Shown here: positions 63,782 to 64,000 of the stretch, one piece after another
Layout: every line of letters begins with the position of its first letter
How positions within the stretch are numbered: the first letter of the stretch is position 1
Source: Mobula hypostoma
Taxonomy: Eukaryota
Assembly (NCBI RefSeq): GCF_963921235.1
Contig: NC_086097.1
Location: 151,344,001 to 151,408,000, forward strand
DNA: 64,000 bases
Direction: 5' to 3'
Position numbers and translations under genes: made by a program
The notes under the pieces: model-generated
What the model was told of the DNA's origin: nothing
Databases searched by the model: none
Seen by the model: the letters and a program-made list of their open reading frames with translations, nothing else

Positions 63782-64000
63782 CCATAAGCCATAGAAGCAG
63801 AATTAGACCATTCAGCCCATCAAGTCTGCTCCACCATTCCATCATGGCTGATCCTGGATCCCACATAACCACATACACCTGCCTTCTTGCCATATCCCTT
63901 GATGCTCTGACCCATCAGGAAGCTTTCAACTTCCTCCTTAAATATACCCATGGCCTTCGCTATAGTCTGTGGCACAGCAATCCACGGATTTACTACTCTC
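63782..64000 (-). mobile_element. CR1 3' end (truncated by window edge)
   Basis: 'ccataagccatagaagcagaattagaccattcagcccatc' is the reverse complement of a CR1 3' end. Confidence 0.75.

Overview
Repeat-dominated vertebrate genomic DNA with no prokaryotic genes, CRISPR array or intact autonomous element. The mix of CR1, Rex1/Babar, Penelope and V-SINE elements suggests a cartilaginous fish (inference). The window looks like part of a very long intron, probably of a + strand gene. The only strong host-gene signal is a candidate 13-nt microexon plus a 68-nt exon at 27463-27661. Well over half of the window is decayed, often nested transposable elements: CR1 and Rex1/Babar LINEs, Penelope remnants with degenerate minimal hammerhead motifs, a HERO-type RLE retrotransposon, RTE fragments, tRNA-derived SINEs, three solo LTRs with exact 4-bp TSDs, a full-length but disrupted Tigger transposon with MER2-like ends, Tigger-derived non-autonomous elements and hAT elements. 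Most ORFs in the track are TE fragments or antisense artefacts. Family names come from recognised motifs, not database searches, and boundaries of decayed elements are approximate. I found no convincing wholly new biological system; the best leads are listed as findings.
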